Below, in pieces: positions 36,901 to 51,900 of a stretch of 64,000 nucleotides of DNA. Under the pieces are notes generated by a model that was given only the letters and a program-made list of their open reading frames with translations, did no database searches and had not been told where the DNA came from. This DNA is from Camelus dromedarius. Its lineage: Eukaryota. Location of the stretch: contig NC_087440.1 of NCBI RefSeq assembly GCF_036321535.1, forward strand, positions 56,792,001-56,856,000, given 5' to 3'. Within the stretch, counting starts at the first letter, position 1. Every line of letters begins with the position of its first letter. Both the position numbers and the translations under genes were made by a program.

Positions 36901-39900
36901 GTAAAATAGTCAATGCTTTTGCTCAACATGACTTCTAAACTATCTGTACCATTGGTCAATTAATCATCTAATTTTGGAGATGAGTGTGTATGTATCGCAC
37001 ATGAAATAGTCATGTTCTTTTTTCCTCCTCTGCCACCTTGGCTGCCTGATTTCTTGCCAGCTGGCTGGTAAAGGGGATAAGGGAGCAATGTAAAGGGGTG
37101 AAATTATCAATTCACTATAACGTTATTGGCACCATAAAGGTTGGTTGGGCCAGAGGTTAAAAGCAGGTGACTGATTAAAGTTTGGAGCTTTCTCCCTTGT
37201 TACTTTACTATATCATGCCATAATCCTGGACGGCTGAAAGGTCCTCGTGTTGCTGCCTAATGGAAGATCTGTCCAAGGATGGCCTATGCTGTTTTATTCC
37301 CTCTCTCTTGAGGGGAGCATCATATAGGCAAACAAAGGTGTATTTAGTGTAATTCACTGAACCCCAGGGACCTTTTCCACATCCTGGTTTGTGCACAGAT
37401 AACCCCAGGGCAAGTCTATAGAACCAGTGTAAGGTATAACTCAATACCCTTTAATTCATATCTTTGGACATTTTAAGCTACATATCAAGTTAAAATAATC
37501 ATCTTGATCAAAAATACTTGTTTTTGAAAAGAAAAACAATGATAAATTACATAGTATTATTTTAACAGAGTTCAAGCTGATGTTTGTTTTAGGGGTTAGA
37601 GAAATGAGTGTTAACTACAAAAAGTCCTCATTTCAGGAAGAATCTCTGTGGAAGTGACTCAGCCATGTTGCCTGTATCTCTGTAGAACCAAAGATGGTTC
37701 TAGAACCATTCCAGTTAGAAAAATGTTCATTCTACTTTGGTTATCTATAGTTCTTGCTTTAGTTAAGCTCACTAACTTGGTTATCTGGAGTCATTTGTGC
37801 CTGTTAGAAAGAGACAGTGGTTGGATTTTCACAAGACTTGGGCTTCTTCATAATTTTCATACAACAGCAGTGGCGATCAAGGCAGAGGCCATCCTAAGTC
37901 AGTAACTACTCCTCCTTCATGGTGGAGTTACAGTGGGGATGAACATTCCAGCCCCTCAACTCTCTGCTCAGACTCGGAGTCAAACATGGCAGATTCTAAC
38001 AGAATCTTCCGGGAATTTATGAAACTCAGCACAGACTCTGCTGAACTCCCCAACTCTCACTTTATTGGCTGAACTGGATATGTTAGCAGATTGAAAGGAA
38101 GTGTTGGCGTGTGGCTGAGAACTGAGCTTTTCACACTCGACAAGAACCAGGTGGCTTCACTGAAATGGGTTATCTGCTTTTCCTTCGTTCTTGAGATAGA
38201 ACGCTTAGAAGCTCTTTTGACAACCTAAGGACAAGACTGTAATTCAATACATTATCTGTAGCATGAGGCCCTCCCTGCCCGAGCCGAAGTGGGCCTCAGA
38301 CATGGCAGGGAAATGGATGAGGCCAACATGCATTTGGGTGAAGGCACTCCCTGTAAGACAGGCCAACCCGAGAGCAGGAGCAAGGCCAGGTGAACCTAAG
38401 CAAATTTAAGCTGTAGTTGCAGGTGACGTGGGGGAAGGGGACAGCTCAGAGTACAGCCTGCTGTTTGCCACTTAGATCTGACTCCCAGCCCTACTCTGGC
38501 TGGATTCCTAGGGAGAAGAGAAGGTGAAAATAAAAACTTGAGAGCAGGAGCACTGAAGATTGTAAAACCCTGGGGTGTGTAAGACAGGAGAGAGGCTGTC
38601 TCCTCGTTTTGTCAGAGCAACCCTGGCACAGAGAGGACTCGGTGCACTGGGTGGGCCTGGTGGGGCAGCTCTAATGGCACCCAGTGGATCGTGGAGCCCA
38701 CGCTGCTTGGTGGAGAACTACAGAGTTAGTGTGGTGACACCCAGCCTGAGCAGGCTTGCTTAGAAGTGTGTTTTAGACTTGGCAAGGGGGCACATTGGTG
38801 GAGGGCCACTCTGCAGCGAGCTGGAGGTCGTGTGTGCACAGCTGGGGCCAAGAGTCGGTGAGATTTTGGTTATGATGATTCCCGATTAAATTGTTCTTGG
38901 CCAGGAAATGATCCAGGTATTTTTAATTAGGGGGTTTTGGTTTCATGAAAAGACCGCTGTTGATGGATTGCTACTCAACTCAGCACAGGTTACGAGAGGT
39001 CCTAACTACACATTTTTGGCTTTCAAAAGTCAAATTCAGAGGATCAACAATTAATGTTTGATCCCTCTCTTGAGTGTTTCCTGTCTTGTTTAAGAGCTCC
39101 CCCTGTGGGCCTGGGCCAAAGTAGAAGAAGATGATCCAATGTCTTTGTGGGAATGAGAACAAGGGCATTTTTCTTCTTCTTCTTCTTCTTCTAGGAATTG
39201 CAGTGCCTCTTCGGATTGTCTGTAACCCGGTAAAGAAGGTCAACGGAGAGCTGGCAGAAGTGCTGCAGGTCAGTGCGGTGGGAAACTGCAGAGCAGGCAC
39301 AGAGGGTCGGAAGGCTGCCCTCGGGTGCCGGGAGGGAGGAGGAGCAGAATGAAAATGGTTTGATTCTGAGTAAAGAGACTCTGAGTCATTGGGTGTTTGT
39401 TGTTCAACTGCTTGGTGAGAAAAGAGCAGGCCTGTTATTTTGAAGTTCCCCTCACAGCACAGCTTGAAAGTGGGAGCCTCCTGGCTGCTCAGGTGAAGGA
39501 GACAGCCTCAGAGTTAGGGGCTGTTTGTGGAGAAAGAAGATGAAAAAAGACTCCAGGTGACTTTTTCTTGGTCATCAACTAGGCACAGCCTACTTAGCAG
39601 GGCGACCACACCCTGTTCTTTTTCTCTTGCTTGATGAGGGCTTCCTATCTCAGATTCATTCTCCAGACACAGCCAGAGTGGACTGTTTAAAATGCAGATG
39701 TGAGCCCGTCATCTCCCTGTGTAAGGGTCAAGTGGATTTGATTTGATTTGATTTGATTTGATTTGATTTGATTTGATTTTCCCTGTATATATATTTTTAT
39801 TGAAGTATACTCAGTTTACAATGTTGTGTCAATTTCTAGTGTACAGCATAATGCTTCAGTCATACATGAATATACATATATTTGTTTTCATATTCTTTTT

Positions 39901-42900
39901 TTCACCGTGAGTTACTACAAGATATTGAATATAGTTCCCTGTGGTATACAGTATGAACTTGTTGTTTAGCTATTTTATATATAGTAGTTAGTATCTGCAA
40001 ATTGTGGACTCTGAATTTATCCCTTCCCTATCCCTGTTTCTGTTTTGTAAATAAGTTTGTCCTTTTTTTGTAGATTCCACATATGAGTGATATCATATGG
40101 TATTTTTCTTTCTCTTTCTGGCTTTCTTCACTTAGAATGACGATCTGTAGGCCATCCATCCAGGTTTCTGCAAATGGCATTATTTTATCATGTTTTATGG
40201 CTGAGTAGTAGTCTATTGCATAAATTTACCACAACTTCTTTATCTAGTCATCTGTTGATGGAAATTTAGATTGTTTCCATGTCTTGGCTATTGTAAATAC
40301 TGCTGCTATGAACATTGGGGTACATATATATTTTTGAATTAAGATTTCCTCTGGATATATGCTCAGGAGCAGGCTTGCTGGATCACATGGTAAGTCTGTT
40401 TTTCAGTTTTTGAGGACTCTCCACACTGTTTTCCATAATGGCTGTACCAAACTGCATTCCCACCAACAGTGTAGGAGGGTTCCCTTTACTCCACAGCCTC
40501 TCTAGCATTTATCGTTTGTGGACTTTTGAATGATGGCCTTTCTGACTGGTGTGAGGTGAGAACATGTTGTAGTTTTGATTTGCATTTCTCTGATAATTAG
40601 TGATATTGAGCATTTTTTCACGTGTCTGTTGGCCATTTGTATGTCTTCATTGGAGAATTACTTGTTTAGGTCTTCTGCCCGTTTTTGGATTGGGTTTTTT
40701 CTTATTAGATTGTATGAGCTGTTTATATATTCTAGAAATTAAGCCCTTGTCAATCTTATCTTTTGCAAATATTTTGTCCCATTCCGTAAGTTGTCTTTTT
40801 GTTTTGCTTATGGTTTCCTTTGCTGTGCAAAAGCTTATAAGTTTAATTAGGTCCCATTTGTTTATTTTTGCTTTTATTTCTATTGCTTGAGTAGACTGCC
40901 CTAGGAGAACATTGCTGAGATTTATGTCAGATGATGCTTTGCCTATGGTTTCTTCTAAGAGGTTTATACTGTCTTGTCTTGTGTTTAAGTCTTTAAGCAA
41001 TTTTGAGTTTATTTTGTGTATGGTATGAGGGAGTGTTCTAACTTCATTGATTTACATGCAGCTGTCCAGTTTTCCCAACCCCACTTGCTGAAGAGACTTT
41101 TACTCCATTGTATGTTCTTACCTCCTTTGTCAAAGATNNNNNNNNNNNNNNNNNNNNNNNNNNNNNNNNNNNNNNNNNNNNNNNNNNNNNNNNNNNNNNN
41201 NNNNNNNNNNNNNNNNNNNNNNNNNNNNNNNNNNNNNNNNNNNNNNNNNNNNNNNNNNNNNNNNNNGAGGGTTATTCCTCCAGCTTCATTCTTTTTCTTC
41301 AGTACTGCTTTGGCAATTCTGGGTCTTTTGTGATTTCGTATAAATTTTAGAATTATTTGTGAAAAATGGAATCCAACCCCTCCATGTGGCTTTCCAGGCC
41401 CTTCAAAACCTGCTTCCCTCCTGAATGGCATCTCCTTCCTTCCTCCCCCACTGCTCCTACACTAGGTGTTCCCACCACTTTGAGTTCTTTGAATGCACCA
41501 TTCACTCTCCTGCCACACCATGCCACACATGAGACACAGTGACAGCGTATGGTACATTATGAAGAATGGACCAGGCTACTTGAGGACCAGTGGTGATCAG
41601 AGAGGCATGGGTCTCCAGCTCAGACTTTAACCCTTGGGAGGTGTACTAGTTGGATAGCGCTAATCTCATCAATCTGTAGGCTGCAAAGAATCTTTCGATT
41701 CTTAACCAACCTTAAGTAAGTTTGGAAAACAGGATACGGGTACCCAGGGGAATAATCCTACTATGACAATTTAACTACCCAAGGAAAAAGCAAGTGACAT
41801 AGGGAGTAGAAGACAAGACCTGGGGCCACTTACCCAGCCACAGCCCTGCCATGCCACAGAGACAGCCCCACGGCAGAGCTGCAAACGAGGACCAGTGCTC
41901 CACCTTGGTGAAATACAGGATGACTGGGGTGAAGGAGATGAAGACTAAATTGAAGAAACCCAACGTGGAGACGAAGTGTGCCGCTTCACCAAAGTTGGCA
42001 CTTCCGAGAAACATCTTAAACAAAACCTAGAATGGGACAGAAATACCTTAGCCACACAGAACATTGCTGGATCAGAAAGGTAAGCTTTCCGCAGCGAACC
42101 AGCCCAGAGTTACTGCTCTACTTCTCCTTGGCCCACCGTCTCCATGGCATTAAGTGGGCTGCTGAGATAAGGAATTCCAATGCCCTAGAGCCTTCACGTG
42201 AAACAGCTAATGCCATCAAATGAACTCCATGTGGCGTTCCGCAGGGAGGCTGCACACCGTGTTAACCACCACCATCAGTTATGGGTCCAGGGTGGATGAG
42301 AAATGAGCACAGACAAGCCCAGAAACATCTAGGATTGAGATGCCATCAGTTCTTCCCTTCAAGCACGGGATTCATATCACCCTTATTTTGACAGGTACTG
42401 AAAACAAAATTGGACAGAGAAAGCCCGTCATTATGTTGTTGAGAGAAATAATAATGATGTCTTGGATTTATAAGCACTTTCCTCTCTGAGCTTAAAATAT
42501 TTTCACAGATACTGTGTTTATTCTCCAGGTTTTAAAAAGTTTTTTTTGGAGGGGAATTATAAATCTGGTTCATAGAAAGATGGCAAGGAGATGTAAATGG
42601 CTAACCTAACACCATACATCAGGCTGGGGAGGTGCCAGGTCTCAAGCCCATATTTCTTGGCTTTTTAACCCCTCTGCTTCCTTTTTTAATCTTCAAACAA
42701 TGTAGCATAGAGTAGATCTTTTCTATGGTGCACAATGGATTTTTGTGCATGTCAGCAAATATTACTGCCCCAGAATGAATATATCTGTAACATGGCCAGG
42801 GGGTTCTCTCTCTGAAAGAGCCATCCCAGGCGTATGGCAATTCCAGGTATTGCTCTTAATTTTAACTAAACATATTGTTTTTTCTCTTGAGAGACTTGAT

Positions 42901-45900
42901 CAAGAGAACTTGGGCACGCGCTAGTCTTTGGTCACGCGCTAGTCTTTGGTCACATCAGACATCTCAGTGGAGTCTCAGTGGAGGGCAAGTTAGGCACTAA
43001 TGGCAACTGAGTGAATGGTGGTTAAGCTTGTCACAGAATCAGTGGGCCAGGGCTGTCAATATGGAAATAGACGCAATGTCCTCTGAGCCACAGTGCTGGT
43101 GAATCGTCAGAACAGGCATCCAGGAGGGATGCGAAGGGCATTTTCTGCCTTTCAGAGAGAACTTTCTCATTGAAACACCAGGAGAGGTGAAAGAGGAGCA
43201 GTTCTTTAGCTACATCCAGGAAGCTGGCTCTGAAAGCGGAGCTTTGGTGAATAACCTTTTAGATCTGTTCTCTTCGTCCTCACTTCTGAAGTCAGGGACA
43301 GTGACTCTGAATAGAGTCTTCACTGATGACAGGCAGCTCCAGTGGAGAAAGAACTGTGAGTGTATAGTACAGAGCCAGAGTATTCATCAGAGAGGAAAAA
43401 GAACTCTTCATTTAGCTACTAACATGGCATGGAGTTAATGTGTAGCAAATCGTAAGCTCTCAAGTGATAGTTTATTCTTTAACACCTCGTTGTATTTGAA
43501 ATAGTGACCATCAGTAGTTAAAGAAATGTAGAGAAGTCTTTCTTAGCCCCTGCTACAACTGGTTAATGATTTGGAAAGGGCGCAGGCATGAAGCACAGGC
43601 TTTGGAGTTGACCAGTTTGCGTTTAAATCTTGGCTCTATCACTGCCTAACTGTATGATCTTGGGCAGAAAGATCTTACTCTTTCAAAGCCTCAGTTTCCT
43701 CATCTGGAAAGTGGGGATAAGTACCTATGCCTCATAAAGATGTGTTAACACAGGTGAAAATTTCTGGCAACTGCCCAGCCTGTAGCAAGCACTCAGTAAT
43801 TGGTACTTCTTATTATTTAAATCATCATTTTTTTCCTAGACAAGATTTTCTTTGTCTTTCCTTACTTTATGAAATAACAGTTGACTACATAAGAAAGTGC
43901 ACAAAATACCTTATATAATGCAGATGTAGAGGCTGAGCCCACTGCGAATGCCACTCCTATGATGGAATCAGCATGGAAATTATCTGCATACGCCATCATG
44001 ACGATGCCGGTGATTGCCATTATTGCAGCAACTATCTGTCAGATAGAACGCAAAGAAAAATCTTTTTTAAACTGATGCTTCCATATCCCAGAGTAAGCAA
44101 TTGAAGACTTCATGGGTAAATGCTTCCTCAAACCAAATTACCTTTTGTACTTCACTGTTTAAATACAGGAGGGTTCAGTACCAGGAAGAAATCTGTATGT
44201 TCATGAGACATACGGAGAATACAAAAGCTGCTCACATTCTTGTCAAGGGCTAATAATTTTATTTTAATTTTTTAGCTCAACTTCCTGGTGATTAATACCC
44301 ATATTGGTGAAATTAATAGGAAGTCACTTCTTAGCATTTTCTTCAAGTAGTTCAACATACGTTTTAATTAGCACTTTGGGTCAATGAATGTTTCTGAAGG
44401 TCTCCACATAACCAGAACTTGATTAGGGACACAAAGTATTGATGCATCTAAGAGGCAAATTTTAGGCCAAAGTAGAAAAACAAAAATGAGAAAAAGGAAA
44501 GAAAATAATCTCTCGGTGATTTATAAGGAGCAAGCTGAGTTTGCACTGCCACTTGAAAGTCAAGGAGGCTAGTTCTTCCTTTTGCTTACATGCAAATTAA
44601 ACCACAGAAAGATAGTTTCATTCAGTTATTCTATTCAGCATTAACTATATCAAGTGAAATATCAATAATTTGTTTAAATCATAATGGTTTACTGTAAATT
44701 AGTATGATCCTTGGTATATTCAAAACAGGAGTCCACTTCCTTAGTGAAATGCTGGTTTGCATCTGTTTCTTAATTATCTCGAACTAGTTCTACCGGAAAA
44801 CATTTTAAAGCTACAGTAAACAGTAAAATAACAACCCTGGAATAGGGAACACTATGTCATTTCCTTGTGAAATAATCCCACTGACTTTAAAATCACAATG
44901 CAACTTTGTGAGAAATTTATATATACATGGTGATTAATTTTGTTAAGCTTCAGTTCTGAGTATTCCCAAGTAAATCAGTTCCTCTGTATACAGCTTTTTC
45001 ACATACGTGATTTTTTTTGGCCCTTTCAAATATTATTACTGAATTATTCATTACAACAAAATGTCAATCTTTAACGTGTAACTGTAGACTTGCTGGAGGC
45101 CAGTGCAAAATATGATAACAATGACATATAATTCAGACACCGTTTAAAGCAATTCTTTTGTTAAGGCCCAGCAAAGGCAAGGGCAGTGTTGGTTTCAGAG
45201 CCGGCTCCATACTAAAGCATCTTTTATGAAAAACAGCATGAGTACTTGAGAACAGACGCTGACATGTCAGCAGTGAAAAACTGTCTTCATAAGGCGTTAT
45301 CCAGGAAGCTGCTTGATGGGAGGCATTGCTCGTGCTGAGTGAGCATCCCACTCTAAAGCTCCCTGGCGTGCGTGCCACTTACAGTGTGCCTCAGACTGCA
45401 GGGAGTGGGATTTCATACACACCCTGTGAGGCATCAAGGAAGTTTTCCAAACAGGAATAGAGTCATAAATAAACATGGTGAAGGGGTTATCTAGATCTGG
45501 AAATTCTGTGAGGGTTATCATTTTCCTTGATTTGGGGATTTATAGTTCAGCCAGGGATTTGTAACAATTCTTTGGGCAGTCTGATTTCAGAGACATGAAA
45601 AGTCACACATTAGACACTGAGAGTTTCTGATTTGTTTTTGTGTTTAAGTAACATTCATGGGTTGAAATATTCAGATGCAGGTAGATTTCCTTCATAATGC
45701 TGGACTTGTAGGATAATAATACTGAATTAATATTTGTTTTCTCTCTGCTAAGCATCAGCTGTGTCTCCTTGATCAAATAAACAGGTGGTTTCTTCAAGGA
45801 ATAATAGAACACAGTGTTAATCCTGATGAACTTGAATAGGATATACTGTTTCATATTTTAAATTATTACAATTATTCTATAACATATGTAACATCTGGGT

Positions 45901-48900
45901 TGAGGCAATTATGTATATGATTTTTAGCTTAGGGAATTCTGAAAACAAACAATCCATACCAAAAAAAAAAAAAAAAAAGGAACAAAAACTGAAAACACTG
46001 TCTGGAAAGTGTTGAACATTTAATACCATTATCCCCAGGATATGACCCCAGTTGGGAACTTTTCCTTTTCTGAGTCAGACATTAGTAAAATTACATATGC
46101 ATTAGATTTCTATTATAAGTTTTCTCAAGATAGAAATTGGACATGGACAAAGATTACATAATTTTATAGCAGTTCAGAACTATAACCATGATGAGCCTTA
46201 GAGATCTCCATTAAATTTTATATTCAAGTGCTTGTGAAAATATTAGCCTAGACCACTTAAATTGACATATCAATTACACCCATGTCTCTCTGAATTGCAT
46301 TCATGGAGAGAATCATTTTTCACTTCAGGGGGCCAGACAACGCTGTTAGTTAAGTTCCAAAAGCATGAAAGTCTGAATATTTGTGATGTTAGAAAAATTC
46401 CTCTCTGTGGTATGAAGTTATTTACAGGTTAATAATTTATAGATTATAAAGGTTTCCTGGGGGGGGGAAGATAAGTTAAATTATTTTCCACATTTCTATT
46501 TAAATTTCACAACTGTCTGATAGAACACATTTTCTATAGCCATGTTTAAAGGTTTTTTTTTTTTTCAGCGTTTCTTATCTACACAGTTGGAACTAAGGGA
46601 AGGGAGATCAGCTAATCTAGAAAATGCAGGGAAACATTAGGTGGAAGGTTCATCTGGAGTGGTTGTTCGGATGGTCCTGGAGTGGCTCTGCCTGGCACCG
46701 TTGGTTAACTGCAGAGCGATTAACCGCTCTTGAGATTTCTGGAGAACAGGTAACCCAAGCACAGGCCTGAGCCACATGCATTTTTATTAAAGGATTAATA
46801 GTCTGTCTTCTCAACAGAAAAACACAAAATGATTCTTCTTGGGCTCAGGACACTGGAAATGTGCCTGCTTTAAAGGAAGCCAGTGCTTTAAACATGGTGT
46901 TAGAAGTGCTCCTATGTGCACAGCCCCACGCTGACAGCCACATAAATGCTTCCGAGCACAGCTGCATCCGTATGAGAGGCTCTTCTGCTGAGAATGCACC
47001 ATCTCATGCTGCCACCTGCTTGGCTTCAGAAAAACGTGGTTTTCCTCACAACCTACTCTAGTTCCCACCACTAACCAGAAGTGTCTAAATAAGATGGAAA
47101 ACCCACCACTACCATTCCTTGAGTCTGATCTGGGTGGACTGTCAATAACCATAGTGACCATAAAACTGCCAATGACTCATTTTTTCCTTTTTTTTTTTTT
47201 TGAGATATAGTTGATTTACAATATTGTGTTAATTTCTGGTGTTCAGCATAGTGATTCAGTTGTACATATATATACTCTTTTTCATATTTTTTTTTATTAT
47301 AGGCCATTACAAGGTATTGAATATAGTTCCCTGTGCTACACAGTAGGACCTTGTTGTTTCAGGGCCTCATTTTTAACTTTCTGAACTTCTGGGTCCTTTC
47401 ACATCATGGTGTGTCCGTCTGGGGTGAGTACCCTAAGGAAGAGGATTTATTTAGTGCATTATCCCACACGCCACTTGAGTGACACCACTGCCTGAGCCAG
47501 CTGCCTTCTTCTGCAGGCTCGGCCCCCTCTGAGGGCCTCTGTGTCAACTCTCAGGACAGTCAGAGGGTGACCATGAGGCTGTTTGAGCCTGTTCTGAAAG
47601 CCCAGAGAGGGTTTTAACAGCAGGCCGCTGGTGATCTCGCTGAGCTCTGTACCACTTGTGGCCCTGCCTGAAGGCTAGGCTTCTTTCTCCTCTCAAAGAA
47701 TTAGTTTATACAGATAGAGACTAGAGAAATATCTGGCTTTCGGGTGTTTTTGTTTCCCTTCATCTTCATTTTCTTCCTTTTTTGACTCAGGCCCTCACAA
47801 GGGCCCAGTCCTTCTCTGAATCTCTGGGCAGGTTTGCCAGCCTTATTATAGTCACTTTGTTTCCCACTGACAGATGATTTCCTGAACTATTATTTTCATA
47901 ACAGCATCTTTTCTAGGGTTGAGGGTATTGAGATGAACCTTTAATTGCTTCTCTAACTGTAACCCAAACATCTTTCCTTACTTTGCCTTGTGGTTTACTC
48001 CGTTTCTGAAGCTGGGTGGAGCATGGAGGAGCTTCACTGGTTCACAATGGCCCCTTGAATCCCAAGGCTACATCAGCCTCTAAAATGGAGAACCTCAAAG
48101 CTACACTGCTGGCAGTGCCATACTCAAGTTCAAGACTAAATGTCAGCAGCTGAAGGTGGGATATACATTAACATCTTGGCCAATGAGACCTGCACTGATG
48201 ATCATCTGTGTTCCCTCTGAGGGTATTTGGATAGAGTCCATTTCCAAGGAACCATGGCTACACAGAATCCTTAAACTTGTCCACATGTTACATATAAGAT
48301 TCTGTGAAGAATCATCTATTTTACTCAGATCCAGTGAAACTAGACAGGAGTTAAAATGTGAGAGATGAAAGAGGTGGGCAGTCTATAGTTGTCCAGAAAC
48401 TGTGTGTGTGATGGAGAGTGGGGGTGGGGGTCCCTGAGACAGGTCAAACCCAAGAGGTACAGGGCCTCAAACTAAGATTCCCATCCCCACCCCTCTGCCA
48501 CACAGACGTGTGTTTTTATATGAATAAAATTGATCTTAAAATGATCCCAAAGGAAGACCAGGATGGCAAAGAGGGAAAGAAACCACAGAAGACCATNNNN
48601 NNNNNNNNNNNNNNNNNNNNNNNNNNNNNNNNNNNNNNNNNNNNNNNNNNNNNNNNNNNNNNNNNNNNNNNNNNNNNNNNNNNNNNNNNNNNNNNNNNNN
48701 NNNNNNNNNNNNNNNNNNNNNNNNNNNNNNNNNNNNNNNNNNNNNNNNNNNNNNNNNNNNNNNNNNNNNNNNNNNGTTATGTGCGGAATCTAAAAAAAAA
48801 TGACACAAATCAACTTATTTACAAAATAGAAACAGACTCACAGACATAGGAAACAAACTTACGGTTACCAGCAGGGAAAGGGGGTGGCTGGGATAAATTG

Positions 48901-51900
48901 GGAGTTCGAGATTTGCAGATACTAACTACTATATATAAAACAGATAAACAAGTTTCTACTGTATAGTACAGGGAACTATGTTTAATATCTTATAGTAACC
49001 TATAATGAAAAAATATGAAAAGAAATATTTATGTATATGTATGACTGAAACATTATGCTGTACACCAGAAATTGACACATGGTAAACTGACTATACTACA
49101 ATTTAAAGAAAAAGAAATCACAGAAGAAAAGACTCAAGAGTGTGCATGGAGGGTAGGCTAGACCTATTGACTGCACCTTGTCGAAGGGTTTATGGATTCC
49201 TTGTGGGCATAAAATCAGAGAGCCTTTCCAACTCAGCCTTCCCCTCCCTGTATTACTGAATCATTCTCCTGCCAAGAGGGGGATGAAAGGGGCTGAGTCC
49301 AGCTACCCATCCTCTACTGTCTTATCCAAGAAGCATGAAGGGTCTGGATAGAAGGTTCTGCGCTGCACATGAATGTGCAGTTATTGTATAAATGTCAACC
49401 AAAGGCAGGTTGGAAACAAAAGATCATCTTGAATCTTATCTAAATATGTAATATTGGCACACATCAGTAGCAGCTCAGCTCCAGTGTCTTGATTTAGAGC
49501 ACCCTGAAGCCCAATTTGAATTCAGAGAAGAGCAGTTTAATAAGCAATCAAAGATTCTGTGTAACTGACATACTCCGGTGGGTTGTTGGTGGATCAAAGA
49601 AAGTCTCCACAAGAGCCACAGTTTGGGAAGCTAACCGCATAGGGACCCAATTATGCCTAGAAAACACGTGGGTACCAAGCTGAAGGGACACAAATTCATT
49701 TCCTAAATCTTCTAAGAAAGGGTCTGCTGAACCATTCACTGCCCACCAATTTTCTAAACATGTTCAAGGACATTCGAAAATGAAAGAAAAATTTCCATAA
49801 TTATATTAAAAAAGAAGAGGGATAAGATCAGAAAGAAAGGGTTTAAATTTTCTAGTCTGACATTTACTTCTCATTGGAGTGAAATGGACACCAGTTATGG
49901 AGAAGAAAACCCATGGCAGTGGCTCAATTTTTGTTTTTGAGGAAAACCTTTTTTTTATTAAGATGATTTCTCTGGTTCTAATGAATTCAAGAACTATAGC
50001 TAAACAGGACAGGATCCTGGGGGGATGGGGAAGCACCCATCTTCAAATCTGTAAGAGCCGGATTCTCACTTAGCAACATTTTTGCAATTAAAAAAAATAC
50101 ATTTTTTAAAAAGTTTAGTAATTCCCACAGGATGATCATATATCAGCTGTAAGCATCTACTTATGAGTTGTGTTTTTTTTTTAACACAAAGTTTACCAGC
50201 AACTTGGTTGAAAAGATTTCATAATAGAAAACTAAATGCATAATTACCTTTCTATCTGTAATTCAATCCATATTCCAAGGAAACTGAATATTAACAAGTT
50301 ATTCATAGCATAATTTGTTTTTATGTGAGCATTGCTAATTCTGGCCAACTGGTGCTCCAGATAAGCCCATATTTACTGATATTATTATTTAAAGCATCCT
50401 TCATTCTGTTCATGGAGTTATTCTGACATGAAAAATAGAAGTAGGGGAGGCCACATATTTCATCTTAAGGGTGATCATTCTTGGGGTCATGCCGATGAGA
50501 ATTAGAATCCAAAAACCATCTTTTTCTGAACCACTAAAGACTTAGGATGAGTCAGAAATATAAATTTTTACCTGATGACTGAAAGCAACCCTTTAACTAT
50601 TTAAGAAAAGAGTAGTCCAAGTGGGGACAGAGTCTGCAGGCTGTGTCTTAGATTATCGATGGAGGGAGGCAATTAAAGCTGCATTATGTTGTCAATATTC
50701 TGTTTCCCCTCCTCTAATTTCTCAAATGACCTAGTTATACATGTTCCAACGTGTCTCAGAAGGAAAAGAATTGCTGATATTGTCAAAAGGCAAAGTGCTG
50801 AATATGTTTTGGTGCTTCTTACATTCCATGGCCTGATTATGGGCATTATTAAAATTACAACTTGACATTCTTCTAGAACATGGCATTAAACACATCCTAA
50901 TGTTTCACAGTGAGAAATGAAGTGCCTCCTGTCATTTAAAAAGAAAAAAATCCGACTTCTCCCAGCATGCCTGACAGTGACGCTTACCATGTTGTTATCT
51001 ATGATGTCTTAAGTTACGTATTTACATGCATAATTTTATGTTTTGTGTATTATGTATACATGGATAATTTTATATAATTTATGTATTATTAGCAAGTACT
51101 TATTGGCTGCTGAACAATTAACACCTTATTGGGGGCCACCGTTCAACCCACTACAGATGCCAGTTTTAAAATGGCAATGATTTGTAGCATCTAGGCAGAT
51201 TTCCTAAAACTGCGATTTAAATATAGTTACACAGCCGAGTTTTTTCCCCTGAAAGACCTCAAAAAAACATGACCTCTTGCATAAGTGAGTTCCATGGTTA
51301 AATGCATTCATTCACTCTAATACAACTGATCTTCTCACTGGTAAATCTGACAGTGAATGTATCGATTTCCTTTGGGAATTCACATGCCGCTGAAAGAGCA
51401 AAAAAGCCCCTAAATCTTTCTTTTCTTTTCCTCTCCTCTGACAAAGCCCTCCAAATTCTCGCGGATGATCCATGGTGGTGGTAGACAGCAAAGAGAAAGA
51501 CCTTGTAAGCATGAGTTTATCTACTATATCCTGAAAGATGTATCGAGTCCCTACTTTGTCCCTTGTATCATTCTAGGTGTTAGAAATAGTGGCAGACTGG
51601 CTTCACAGGCGTGTGACCTGTGCAGATGCACTGGGCTGCATGATTTGAAGGGCCCTGCCCATCATTTAATGCTCTGCTGTTGCCATCTTGAAATTATTCA
51701 CAATTTTTTTAACAAGGGCCTCTGCATTTTCACTTTTCACTGGGCCCCACAAATTATGTAGCCCAAACTGAAAGGGTCAGTGAGCATGTAAAGAAGGTCT
51801 TGGCTCTCAAGGACTTGTCAGGTTACCAGATGGCGGATAGCAAGTACCAGTGCTCCATGTGTAAGAACATGCTGCTAAGCCCTCTGGGTGTAAAATAAAA

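Noticed and set aside
40647-41431. ORFs of 117-140 aa with reverse-transcriptase-protein similarity
   Set aside because: Fragments of a truncated, frameshifted L1 ORF2, not host genes.
45258-45271. Perfect 14-bp palindromes gctgacatgtcagc and aattgtcgacaatt (60395-60408)
   Set aside because: About four such palindromes are expected by chance in 64 kb (64000/4^7).
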